Of a stretch of DNA of 64,000 nucleotides, positions 37,801 to 49,449 are shown piece by piece (position 1 is the first letter of the stretch; each line of letters starts with the position of its first letter). Both the position numbers and the translations under genes were made by a program. The notes beneath the pieces were generated by a model that saw only the letters and a program-made list of their open reading frames with translations, had not been told where the DNA came from and did not search any database. Source of the stretch: Raillietiella orientalis (Eukaryota); NCBI GenBank assembly GCA_036172245.1, contig JAYWIR010000008.1:2852001-2916000 (forward strand), written 5' to 3'.

Positions 37801-38529
37801 AGCTCTTCTGAGGTCGAAGGTCTTGCTCGCAAAGCTGGCTGCTATCGCGCTGTGACGAGGGGGGAGCTGACGGCCCTCTGGCGTGTACGGCGGCAGAAGA
37901 GAAGCCACAGGTGTGGCAGTCACAGGAGCGAAGACCCTCCTCTCGCGGCTGATGGTCTCCAGCGGAGTGCTGAGGCCCGCCCATGGACGGCACGTTCGCT
38001 GCGTTTCCTCGGTAACACCTGGAGCCCGGAAAGATACGGAAAGAGATGAAAAATAATCCAATCGGCAGCATCCCCGCCCAGGATGGAAGATCGCTGCGTC
38101 TCTCCGTTTCTACTACCCCGGAGCGGGCGACCAAAGAAATTCTTCGCTGCTTCCACAATAGCGCGAGCAGCGGTGGCGGGGCGCAACAGAACGGAATTGC
38201 CGGAGCCACTTACATGCGTACAGTTAAGCTAAACTGGGAATAATGATTACTGTTACTGATGAAAAATGGCGAGCGGAATAAGCGAACGATACTCTTTAAT
38301 CATTGGTTCAGCAGCCGGTCCTTTTCCTCTGCAATTTCCAGAGAAAAGGAAAACTCCTGTGAGTTCATTTACAACTGTCTCAGAGTGGCAGAAGCTGCAA
38401 GTGACAATTCACGGATGCCTGCGGCGACGGTGGAGGGCAGGCGCGCATTAATCGCCAAAAGAAAAAGAAGAATAAAAGGAAGAAGGAGGGGAGGTGGAAG
38501 GGAGCAGGAGGAGGGTGCATTTTGATGGA

Positions 38530-39470
38530 AGTCGTCGGGTGCATCTTCCTCGCAGCCACCAGGCAGACTAACGGAAGCTTCCCTCTTCGCTCCGAAAGCT
38601 CAGACGAGCTTTTGGAGCGAACACGATCGTGAGAGAGCATCCATCCCGTGGCAACGGCGCAGCGAAGGAGGCATCATAGAAACTCGAAATGACGAAGCGT
38701 TTCGGAGGGAAAAGGGAGGGAAGAAACTCGAGAAATTCAAGAGCGGATCGCGGCTGTAGCCATGGGCCAGGAGGATGCCGGTTTCGTCGCTTCCCACGTG
38801 ATGCTCTCAGCTCATGCATCTTTCGTCATCCTATCTTCCTCCTGAACTCCAACACATTCGAGGTGAAGAACCGGGCGTTCTTCACCCACAGTGAGTAATA
38901 AATTAGTGACATGAGATTTCTCCCTGCAGCTTGCAAAGGATTCCAGCATCCTTGTCCAAGATTCTTCTTGTGCGTTTGGAAAATGCATCGTGAGAACGGT
39001 CGAGAACAATGGGATGTTCTCCTCCCCCACCCTCACCCCGTGATTTTGTACAGCCGTCGACTCTCGAGGAAAACGAAGCTTCTTCTTTCGCCAGGACAGA
39101 GAATTCTTCTTCATCCGAAGAAAGGTCAAACCGGAAAGGAGCACACGGTGCTGCCCGCATCTCCTCACGCTTCGGGAAATCGTCGTCTCTGATTCTAAAA
39201 GAAGTCCATCCACGTGAGAATCAGCCTCCCGCCTGGAAAGCTCCCGAAACTGCCATCGCCGAATTCACCATTCCGTGGCTGGGTCCATCGGCATTCGGCA
39301 AGCAGCGCCGTTCGTTCGGATCTCTCCGGAGGCGTCCGAAGAGAACGGAAGACTCTCGTCTGAAGACAAACGGGAGGCAGATGCTCCGTGAAAACGCAGA
39401 CCCGATCCTTCCCAGCGTTTCGGGAATTTTTTCAAACTGGAGAGCGACCCCCATCTCCGCTTTCCAGAGT
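38530..39470 (-). mobile_element. Possible highly decayed LINE RT remnant
   Basis: Weak collinear motifs IRTNG, VDGLLLES, NSLSWRKKKL, SLPGG. Confidence 0.3.
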
Positions 39471-40599
39471 CTCTGCGAGCCGCATCCTTATTCCCCGGTA
39501 GCCGCGTGACGTCGAAGCGCGCGGCCCGGCGGCCGGTGCGCAAGTTTCACGCACGGTCAGACACGGAAACACGAAAACACGTCCGTATTTCACGCCGATC
39601 TCGCTCAACACGAGGCGCGCATCGGATCTTCCGTTTCCTCGTCTCCCTCCTCCCCCTCCGCACCCCACTTTGAGCGAAGACACCTGCTGCTCCGCTGACA
39701 ATCCGCGCGCATCTCTTCCAGCAGATTTGCGAGAGCCGAAGGGTGGTCCCGAGTTTCAGCAGGGAGTAGAGGTGCTCTTCCTGCGACGATCTTAAAAAGT
39801 GGCATCTTCTCCGTTTGGATGGGACTGGGACGAACGGAAAGGGAGGCTCAGAAGTCGAACCTGTTCGCAACGGGAACCAGGAAGTCAATGCAACCATCAG
39901 AGAACAAGCTGTTTCCAAGACGATTTTCTTATTCCAAAAAAGAAAATGCCACCAGCATTTTTCCAGGAGGAGGAGGATGGCAGTTGTCCTTTTATCCTCC
40001 TGGTTCGCTTCGCCCTGTCTTACGAGCCCGCCAGCATCCTCTAATCCCAGGCTACCTGAGTATTTTTCAGAAGCTTTCCCATTTGTTCACTGACTCCTTC
40101 TTCTCCTCACTGCCCTCCTGGGGTTTTCCCAATTCAGGCTGCGGATGCTCAACAAGCCTGGAAGCATCACACGGATGTCCTGGAGATGTGCGTGGATACC
40201 GAGGTGCAGGCGGGTCCCGCTGACCGTCCGCTCTGCTCCGAGCTCTCGGGGTTTCGGGAAGACGTCCCGAGAGATCGACGCCACCTCCCGAACGGCGATG
40301 GCACGGCGGAATCGCCACCCTGCCGCAGGAGCCCTCCGCGGAGGTCCGTCGGCGCTGAAGTTGGCGCTCTGAGAGCGTGCGAATTCGTGTAGCCGCGTAC
40401 ACGTGGCGGACTATCCATTTACTGCCCGACCAATCAGCTGCACGCGTGTCGAGAGTCGAGAAAGCGAAAAGAAATTCTGCAGTGTAGTGCACTACTGATT
40501 GGTGTTCCGGAGTCTGAGGGAAACTTGAGGGGTTCACGCCCGGTCACGACGGGGTCACGTCTCCGTGCTTCCTCTACTTTACCAGCAGACGGCCATCTT

Positions 40600-41290
40600 T
40601 TCAGTGCAGAGGGGCCTCCACTGAAACGAGGAACGCCACTGAGCTTCGGAGCGGAGTGCCCAATGCGTGTGCCCATCGGAGGGAGGGAGTGGGAACCCTG
40701 CCCCGCGCGCAGGGATGGCTGCAGCGATAGGGATGGGGGTGGACGAGCATCGCTGAAACACTGCAACTCCCCCATGCCGGCCCACGGGACCTGTTCGGAG
40801 AAAGGACCGCTCCCCCAGGGTTGCCAGTTACCTCCTCGCCTGCCATCCTCTGCCATGGGCGAGCAGCGGCGGTTTCCAAGATGGGAGGAGTCTGCGATCG
40901 CCCCAGCTCTAGCGCGAAACGTCCAATCCAGGATGTGGGGTGCGAGGGGACCTTCGAGCGATCGTGGGCAGGCCGAGACGACGCAGCTGCGCGCTCCCGC
41001 CCTCACATCGCTTTCCTGCCCGAAGCATGCCCTCGGGAATCGTGTCGCTCCTCTTGAGGCCCTTCTATCTCCACTCCCCGTTTGTTCACTGCCTCCTTCC
41101 AGTTCTCCTCCCCCGGCCCTTTCGTTTCGAATAGGCAGATGCCTCTTCTTCTGCAACTGCACAGATTCCATCTTATTTCTTCTAGAGGGAGGGTCCGGCA
41201 ATCCGGGATGGGACGCAAGGTGAGGAACCCTAAAAAATGGCAACAAATGCCGAATTGGTCCTATCACAGTCCCAAGGATTCTTGTGTAGC
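40600..41290 (-). repeat. Repeat family B, diverged inverted copy B3
   Basis: Reverse complement shares catcccggattgccgg, ctgcccacgatcg.tcgaaggtcccctcgcacccc and gcagggttcccact with B1/B2, with many substitutions and indels. Confidence 0.85.
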
Positions 41291-41519
41291 CGAAGAGGAG
41301 CCAGCTGGCCGGTCGGGAAGGTCCGCGTCAGGGAAGGGGGAGGGGAGGGTTAGCGAATGGAGTAATGAGAAAATATTTGGGGTAAGGGCGGCTTGAGGGA
41401 GAGACCGCCGGTAATCTCCGGGGGCTCCTGCATCCTGTGCAGGATGCTGACACTTCCCTTCTTCAATTTCACCAGTAGGAGCCATCCCGTTTCCATCTCA
41501 AGGAGGAGGTAGTCATGGT

Positions 41520-43040
41520 GATTTTCACCAGGTGACGCCACAAGGAAAGGAAAGGAAAAAGGAAACCACAAGTCAAAGGGGGCTGCGTCCCCTGAATACA
41601 AGAGATACCCCCCAAAAAAAGTTCATTAGGAATGACCACCGGCACGCAGACCAGCTTCCCAAAAACTAAGGAATGAAGGGAGGGAACAACAAATGAATAA
41701 AAAAAGAGGGGAGGGTAGGACAGGAGTCCCGGGTTCCATTCGTCCTTTTTCTTCCTAGAAGAGGCAATGTATGCTGGTGATCTCACTGATGGCCTTTTCT
41801 GGTAGGTGAGACCGCCTTGCAGCTGTCCTCATGAAGGCGGTGGCCATGCTGGTAGCCTCCCTTCACTGAGAACGAGACTCCAACACATGGCGGGCTGTCA
41901 CCATGGTTCGGAGGAAACAGACCGTTGCGACCACAGCGCCCGCCTTGATTGAAGAAGCGCCTCAGCAGGTCCGAAGCGGAGGTGGTCATGGTGATGGCTC
42001 TTCCGCTCTGGCGTTGTGCTCTTCCGGCTGCGCCTCGCTTCGCGACGCCGCTTAGGAGGCAGCAGAGGGCTGCGATGCTCTGCTCACGAAGAGGTCTTTG
42101 GACACGCTTCAGGGATTATCCACAGGGCGGAGGAGAGCCGCTGAGCGAAATGCTTCTGTAAAGAGCTCGTAGGTCTAAAGCTGCAGGCGGCACTGAGAAA
42201 CCGAACCCACCATAGGGCATTCTTACTTTCTGCTGGAAGAATGAAAATGAAGTCACCCGACACCAAATCAAGTCTTCCGAAATGGTGAGAGGAAATGGGG
42301 CACAAGGATGGTAATAAGCCTAAGAAAGCTTAACCCTCGAGGAACTCGAAGACATTTGCAACATTCTGCAGGTGTCGTTGGCTCTCTCCTTCACATTCGC
42401 AGCTCAACCGTGGTATCCCACCGAAGCTGGAAGCGTCCTGGCAATCCGAGTTGGTTGGCTGCTTCCACGGTTTCGTGAGAACCGAAGGTATTTTATGGTC
42501 AGAAGCTTCAAGACGTTTTACGTCCAGTCCTTCCTGGAGTTCGCGGGGAAACTGTAGTGAAACTCGTCGGTCTCTTGGCTCGGTTCCCTGCCCAGTTTCG
42601 TCTTGGATCTCGCGACGAGTGGATGGAGACTGAGAAGACATCTCTCATCCCTCGCGTGGAGGCTGGACCGCAGATCTCGGGAACCGGACGGCTTCCGGAA
42701 TGACCGGATTTTTTTCTCACGCCTCGGTGATTACGGGATGGCTCGCAGCGGCGAATGGAGCCGTCGTTCCGGCGATCCCGCACGAAGACAGGATTTTTCG
42801 CGATTGGAGGCACGTCGGGGGCAAACACGGGGCGCAGAAGACCTGTGGCGCCTCTCCAGGATGCCAAGCAATGTCCACGGCTGAACCGATAAAACCTGGA
42901 GGCCCGTTCTGCCGAAGAGAGAGACGCGAAATTCGTGGGTTGGCTCCAAGCTCACCACGGAAACACTCTCTGCCTTCACCACGTGGGGATTCGGTGCAGC
43001 CACGGAAGCCCAGTGGTTTCCTGTCCCGAGCTTCAAGGAT
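41520..43040 (-). mobile_element. Family T sister LINE remnant T6 (RT core to 3' UTR)
   Basis: Minus strand in order: LLGILER, RGVRK, TIKYL, MPYGGFG, then VCFLRTMVTAR...RTAARRSHL..AISEITSI*, and 3' UTR hairpin gctggtctgcgtgccggt, ending cctggtgaaaa. Confidence 0.7.
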
Positions 43041-44034
43041 GCGCTTCCTTCCTACGTTGCCGACGTGTTTGCTCATCTGCCCCCCCCCCCCTTTCCCCTC
43101 GTCTCCTCGGGGCGGCTTCCAGAACTTCGGAGAAGCTCTCGCCCGCTTCGCCGTTGCCACTCACTTTTTTCCCCGTTCGGTGCCTCACATCCGTTCGCAA
43201 TTTTCCTGGTCCCCGCGCTTCTGACGGGAATATCTAAATTAGTTTCCGCCACGCTTCCGGTTCAAACTGCACTTTAGAAATGAAGCGCACGTAACCGCTG
43301 CCTGAAAAATCGAACAGCTCTCGAGAATTGGCGAAGCCGGAGCGGAGGGGAAAAGAATTTTCCTTTTTTTTTTTTTTTTTTTTGTCGTGTGCATGTGCGC
43401 ATGCGCGCGTCTTCTCCTTCCAGCACCGACCGGTCTTTCTCACCCGGCGTGGCAGACGTATTCGGATGGTTGGATTTTGCTCTCGGTCGCGGTTGAACAG
43501 AGGAGTCAGTAGGAAATCTCAGAGGTGTTGGATTTTTGCTGCTCGAACCATTCCACAGCTGTCCCGAGGACGCCAAGGGAGTCTTCTCGCCTTTGGAGCC
43601 GCCGAGTGTGGGACCAACGGGGCTCCGCAGAGGCAGCGGACCTGGAAGCTCACTGCACGTGCAGCGGCGCGTCCCAGATCGCAACCCTGCCGAAAGACGG
43701 TGCTCCCAAAGCCAAGGAAAGCGCACGAGCAGGAGAGCTCCATGACAGACGGTGGACAAAAGGGACAGCAGCGGAAGCGTTCCGAAGAACGCTGGATAAT
43801 TCCTGCTCTTGAGATAATCTTTTCAAACAGAGCAACAGGGAGGGCACCCAAATGTGTGCCGGAAAGCGTCTGGACCAGGAAGCGTCCCAACGATCCCTCA
43901 GGAGAGCTCCTCACCGACTCTGGAGTTCCTGTACCCCGCGTGGTGACTTCTGCTTCCTCCCTTGTTTTTCTTGCCAATAGCCCTTTCCAAGGGCGTTCCA
44001 AAACAGTCATATGAGATTTGAAATGTCTTGGTGG

Positions 44035-45650
44035 TTTTTTTTTCATGTGACCACTTCAAAAGGCGATGCCTCGGAGGCGCAGTTTCTTGTGGGCAGCTCC
44101 CCGATGAGGTCCGCACAGGAGAAGTAGGAAATGGGTGGACAAAAACACAAAAAACACCAAAGTTGAGGTAAAAAAATGTAGGGGGGTAAGGGAAGAGATC
44201 ACAGACTTCTTCCTGGCGTTCTCAGCATCCACTGGAGGATGTTGGCAAGCAACTTCCTCCTTTTGTTGGCAGAGATGTGGCCTGCCAACAAAAGGCGGAA
44301 GTAGCCTTCCTCAGGAAGGAGCAGACAACTTCGATAACCTCATCATTCGACTGGCCTCTTTCGGCATGACTTCTCGCCGCCATGATCCCTCGAAAGCAGC
44401 ACGGAGATTCAAGGGAAGCTGCAGGCGACGTCGAGTTGCGCGTGAAGAGGCTCCGCAAGATCTCCCTGCCGTTTGTCCGTCGGGAGAGGGGGGGCCGCAG
44501 AGAAGTGTTCTCAGATACTCAGGAGAGCAACAGAATCCAACGACAGGTGCGGGAAGGTTTCCCTTTCCCCATACTGGCACAATAGGGGAAGGGAACACGC
44601 TGGGGTTACACTCCCTCTTGTCCAGTGGTAAACCCGTCCGTTGCAAGTGATCTCCTAGTGCAGGAACTGCAAGACCGAGTCCCGCCATTTCAGGGGAAGC
44701 GCGGAGCTATCCACAAACACAGGGATTATCTCTGCCTCTTCAGGAGGAATGAACAGGAGTTGCACCCAGAGGCGAATTTCTTTGAGGAGGGAGGCAGGGC
44801 TACATGAGCCATCCAGTCGACACATACTTTAGCATTACAACTGCTTCTTTTTTCCCGCGATCTCTGGTGCTTTTCTTTCAGATTTTGAACTCAGCAAAGG
44901 ATAGAGCCACCATCTCACTTTAGCCTCCCTGGGTGATGATTCCCCGAATACTGACGGAAAATGGCTCTCATGCCTCTTCAAAAGGTCCATTTGCGCGGGA
45001 CGCCCGTCGGAACTTTGGATGATTTGGAATTCGCGAGCAGCTAGAGGAAGCATCTTTCATCCGAGGACCAGCCCCGCAAGGGTACCGGTCCGATCGGCGT
45101 AAAGAGTCATCTTAGCCGTCCGGGACTGGATAAAGAAGATGGGATCAGAATCTATATCAAATCTTCTACGGACGTGCGTCATCAGCCAGCCCCACAGAGC
45201 CGTTTCGAGTCGGAGGCACAGCCCGGAGTGACCCAAAGCTGCAGTGTGGCGCATTAAGGAGCGAGTGCATCTGCAAGAGGCGTCGTTCGTGATTTCGTCA
45301 TCAACTCTCTCGAATGAAAGCCCCTACCCCCTCATCGTCCTGCCATCCCTTGATTTTGAGAGTTTTCGTCACGGCCCACTTTGCAGCCATTTGGAGGTCC
45401 CTGTCGATGGAGGCCGAATCTTTCGGGGAGTCATCCCCGACAGCCACATCCCTTCATTATTTGGGCCTCCATCCAAAGTCGTGCTGCTTACTCTTTCAGC
45501 AGTTTGACTCGAGGCTCCGATCGACCGTGTTTTCTGCGTCTTCTGGCGGATGCTGTGGACTCTTCGCTGTCTCCAGAAGCTGCACTCCTCCTAGAAGAAC
45601 GCCCGTTTTCTTCCCTTCGAATCTTCGGTGTTCCACAAACCTATAAGAAA
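44035..45650 (-). mobile_element. LINE family T remnant T7 (RT fragment plus C-terminus)
   Basis: KMTLYADR (YADD relic) near 45105; LPLKWRD..LH*..YHWTRG..GERETFPHLSLD and RSLFTRNSTSPAASLESPCCFRGIMAA match T4. Confidence 0.8.
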
Positions 45651-46599
45651 TGGAATACTTTTCATTCAAACAGAGTGAAAAATAAATAAATAATAAAAGA
45701 CAAACAAGCAGCCAGGATCCACTTTTCACGCCTCCCGATTCGTTCCCGATGATCGGTCCGGAAGACTGGAACTTCCTTCCCCTTGAGGTCTGCGTCTCAG
45801 CCCTAGGGTACTCCTATGTTTCCGTTCTTAACGCTTTTTCTTCATCAGTTTACCTATGGTTTCCTTCCGGGTTCGGGCGTCGTCGTCTCAGTGATGTTGT
45901 CTCTCTCTCCTCTTCCCTTGTGCACAGTCGACCCTTGCCAAGTGTGCCAAGTAAAAAGTCTTTCGTTTTGAAGCCAGGCTCTGAAAAGGATTTCGAAGCG
46001 CCCCCTTGAAAAATGCACTTGGTCCTCGCGACAACTCTGCCATCTTTCGAAACGGAGAGTTCATTTTCCAACGAAATGAGGGTGGCTTCCCTCTTTCCTT
46101 CCTGATGTCCGCCCCTGCCTCCGATAAGCGCACGCGCATGGGGTTCTTGGCCTTCGGGGAAAACAGCAGGGGATGACGACGATGGCGAGGAAGATGAGGA
46201 GGAGGAGGAGGAAACGGAGAGCGGCACCTCTTCCCGGGCCTTAAAGAAGTGCCGCCTCCACAATGGCGGCGAGCAAAGATAGGGAAACCTCGCCTTCGGG
46301 TCCGATATTCGCTCCTGACCCCGCTGCGCCGCCGATGGAGGAGGGGGGCGGCGGCTGCCAAGTGGATCAAAAGGCCGAGAGGATGGAGGTTTTAGCAGGC
46401 AGCTCACGAACGGAGGCGTCCGCCGATGGCAGCGGGTGGTCACCAAGTTCTTCATGCCGGAAAGTGAAGGATCCCGTACTTTGGCCCCCGAGGTGGCGCC
46501 AAGGTACGGGTGCGGGAATTCAGGCCCGTGGCCGTCCCAGAACCAGGCGACCTTCTCCGCATATCGCATGCTCTAGTCCCAAACCGGAATTGGATGGTG

Positions 46600-47180
46600 G
46601 AGCAATCCCAAACTGCTCCACCATCTCAGCTGGCCTTGCCGGCCGTATGGCTGCTGTCTCCGCGCCTGGCACCGCGCGTTGCGGTTCGAATCCCGCTCGG
46701 GGAAGGAAGGAAGGATCGACGCTGAGAAATGGGCACGCCGTGGGCTTCGAGTCTCTCTGCAGGATGACGCTGGTTGGTATAGAGGCTGCGGGTGCGGCAC
46801 TGGTGGAAGCCGAAAATCAGATGCCCACGTTGATTGGACGGGGTTGAAGGTCGGCCATTCGGAGTTCTTCCAGGACGTGAAAGAACCAGTTTCCTCAGGA
46901 GACAACCCGGGAGAGGGTTCTTTCCGAAGTTCGCTACCAGATCTTAGAGAGGAACGGACTCCTTCCTCTGTGATCCTTCCTGGATTCATAGGGTAGTCCT
47001 AATAAGTAAACACGCACCCCCGGGTAACGTGGAACAGTGTGAAAGAGCTTCGTGAGTCCACCTAAGGGAGCGGACGGTTCTTCAGCACTTTGCGAACCAA
47101 AAAAAAAAAAAAAAAAAAGGAAAACTCGAAAGGAAAAAAGAAAAAAAAAAAAAAGCTGGAAGGAAAACAGAAAAACAGAA
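46600..47180 (+). mobile_element. SINE family A copy A7 (internal deletion, long A tail)
   Basis: B-box GGTTCGAATCC 46683-46693; ccttcctggattcat; tail cggttcttcagcact followed by poly(A). Confidence 0.85.
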
Positions 47181-47269
47181 AAGAGCCCAACAGGATTTAT
47201 TTCCATCATCCTAGGCCAATGGACATGCCCTCCTTCCGCTGTCGCGTGGCCTCTCGGAAGGAAATGGAT

Positions 47270-47790
47270 GCCATCAATTAGCTCCTCGAGGCGCAGAGTC
47301 AGTCTGTCACCAGGTGCTCCGCTGTGGGCCATCCTCTCCTTCTTTGGTTACAACGACCGTCACTGTCATCGATTTCTGAGCACAAGCCTTTCCAGGGACT
47401 CTCGGCCTTCCCTGTCCCGTGCTGCATAGGGCAGGAGACTCATCTGCCCCTCACCGCCCTTAGCTGTCCATCCAGCGTTAAGCAGCTCCAGAAACACCAT
47501 CCACCATCGCTCAGAATCCGTGCGCCGCTGCTTTCTGATCTTCCGTGAGCCCTCAGAAATCAACCAGGTTTCTTCTCCGAGTTTTGGTCCAGACTTCCTT
47601 TCCCTTCCTCCCCCCACAACGCAGGGAATCGATCCTCTTCGGTCCATCCCTAAGGTGAGCTGACATCCTCTTTCACTAAGCTGCTGCGTAGCACGTTCCA
47701 GCAGGTTGCCGGACCATCGCCGTAGGGACGGAACCCATATTCATCCAAGGAGACGAAATTTTGAGTGTTCAGGACAGGATGGGAACTTCG
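47270..47790 (-). mobile_element. Possible RNase H-bearing LINE remnant
   Basis: DEYGFRP (RT QyGFRp relic) then ISEGSRK, VFLELLNA, AHSGAPGDRL (cf. RNase H tDGSk, aEl, aHxGixGNe). Confidence 0.4.
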
Positions 47791-49449
47791 ATCCCCTTTT
47801 CGAAGACTCCCGCGTCCTGCCTTCCTTCTCGTCCGCTCTCCTTTGCCCCCGTCTTCCCCTGCCCGTGCCACTCACTTCATGGGATGGCGTCGCCTAATTT
47901 CTGGGCGCTGGAAGAGGGCCGGCAGCAGTCATAAGGGAAAGAAGCGCAGAGAAAACAAATCTCAATCAAAGTAACTAAGCAACAAACTTGGCAGAAAAGA
48001 TACTCGATCTGTCACGGTCCATTTCGGTTTTCCAAAAGTGAAGTGGACCATGACGTATGGATGTTCCATATGTCATGGTCAACAGGAGTCATTATTTTTT
48101 GCTCAGCAACAGATTCCGGCACGAAGACAGTGGAGGCCACATCCGACGCTCTATCTTTAGATGAGTGAGCATCATCTCGCTTGGATGCAGCGATTGCTCC
48201 CTTGTAAAGAGATACAGAGATTTATGGCGATCCATAAGTTTACACTCTTCCCACTTCCAAACGGCGTCTCCTGCTGTTTACGGTGGTCCATGCATCTCCC
48301 GAAGCACTTGGGTTGCCTGTTCTGGGGCCGGAGCACCCCAAGTTCTTTGTCGGCATCGAAAGGAGCTCTTCAGAGGAAACAGGTTCTCAGGAGCGCGCTT
48401 CCGCAGGACGCAAAGTCGAGCTCCCGGTCCTATCAAAAGATCCCCAAGCAGCCCGAGCATCCACGCTCTCGGTGGAACAAACGAGTTTGTGCCTCCAAGC
48501 CCAAGGCTCATGCAAGCATTATTCTTAGGTGCTTGCGTCGCTCCTCTTGCTGTGTCCCTGTTATTTTATGGAGCAACAGAACCAACAGAAAAAGAAAAAA
48601 AAGAGCGATGACAGTGGGTTTTAGAAATCGCCGACAAGTTAAGAAGCCTCCTTGGTTTGGCGTTTACCTAGTAAAGGGAAAGAGATCACCTATAGCCAAG
48701 TGGGTGCAAGAGCCTCATAGGAAAGTCCCTGATCCATTCTCATTCTCATTTTACACTCTTTGATTTTCACTTTTTGCGGGGGAAGAAAAGGACAGACTCC
48801 ATCTTATTTGAGGATTCATCCCCGACTTTCATTTTTCGAACATTCCTCGGACTGACGTCAAACACTGGTCTCCTCCAGAACTAGGGAGAGTTCCCGAGTT
48901 CTGGAGATTGGGAGATTCCTCAAGTTCTGTGCACGAGAGTAGGAGAGCCGCCTTCTCGTGTCGGTGAGGCATGGAGAGTCTCGAAGACTGGGGGAGAACA
49001 AGAGTTCGAGGGCCGCCTTTTCGTGTCAGTGAGACAGGACGAGTCTGGAAAAAAAGGTGGCGCTCCAAAAGGCTATGGGGCAGGGAACGAAACAGAATAC
49101 TTGACTTCGCAGTCCGTTCTGCGTTTTCTCCACATCCTTGTGACCCTCGCGTGGGAGGTCACCCCGTGAAAAGAAGGCGCAGTGTGAAGGGCTGCAACTG
49201 TGCCTGTCGCAAGGACTCAGAGGCGCCTCGCCCTTTCCACATCTCATGGATCTCCTTCCTCCGACTCGTGACACGAGTTCTTCTTGGAGGAACTCTGAGC
49301 AGCTCGAGCTTTTTTCGCCTTCTGCTGGCGTCTGTCGTTGAACAGTAAAGCAGGAGCTCGCCGTTGCGGGCAGCCGATCGGCTACCCTCGTGGTCTCTTC
49401 GGGTAGAGGCTGTGGCGAAGCACCTGAGGCGAGAGGAGTGTATGTAGAG

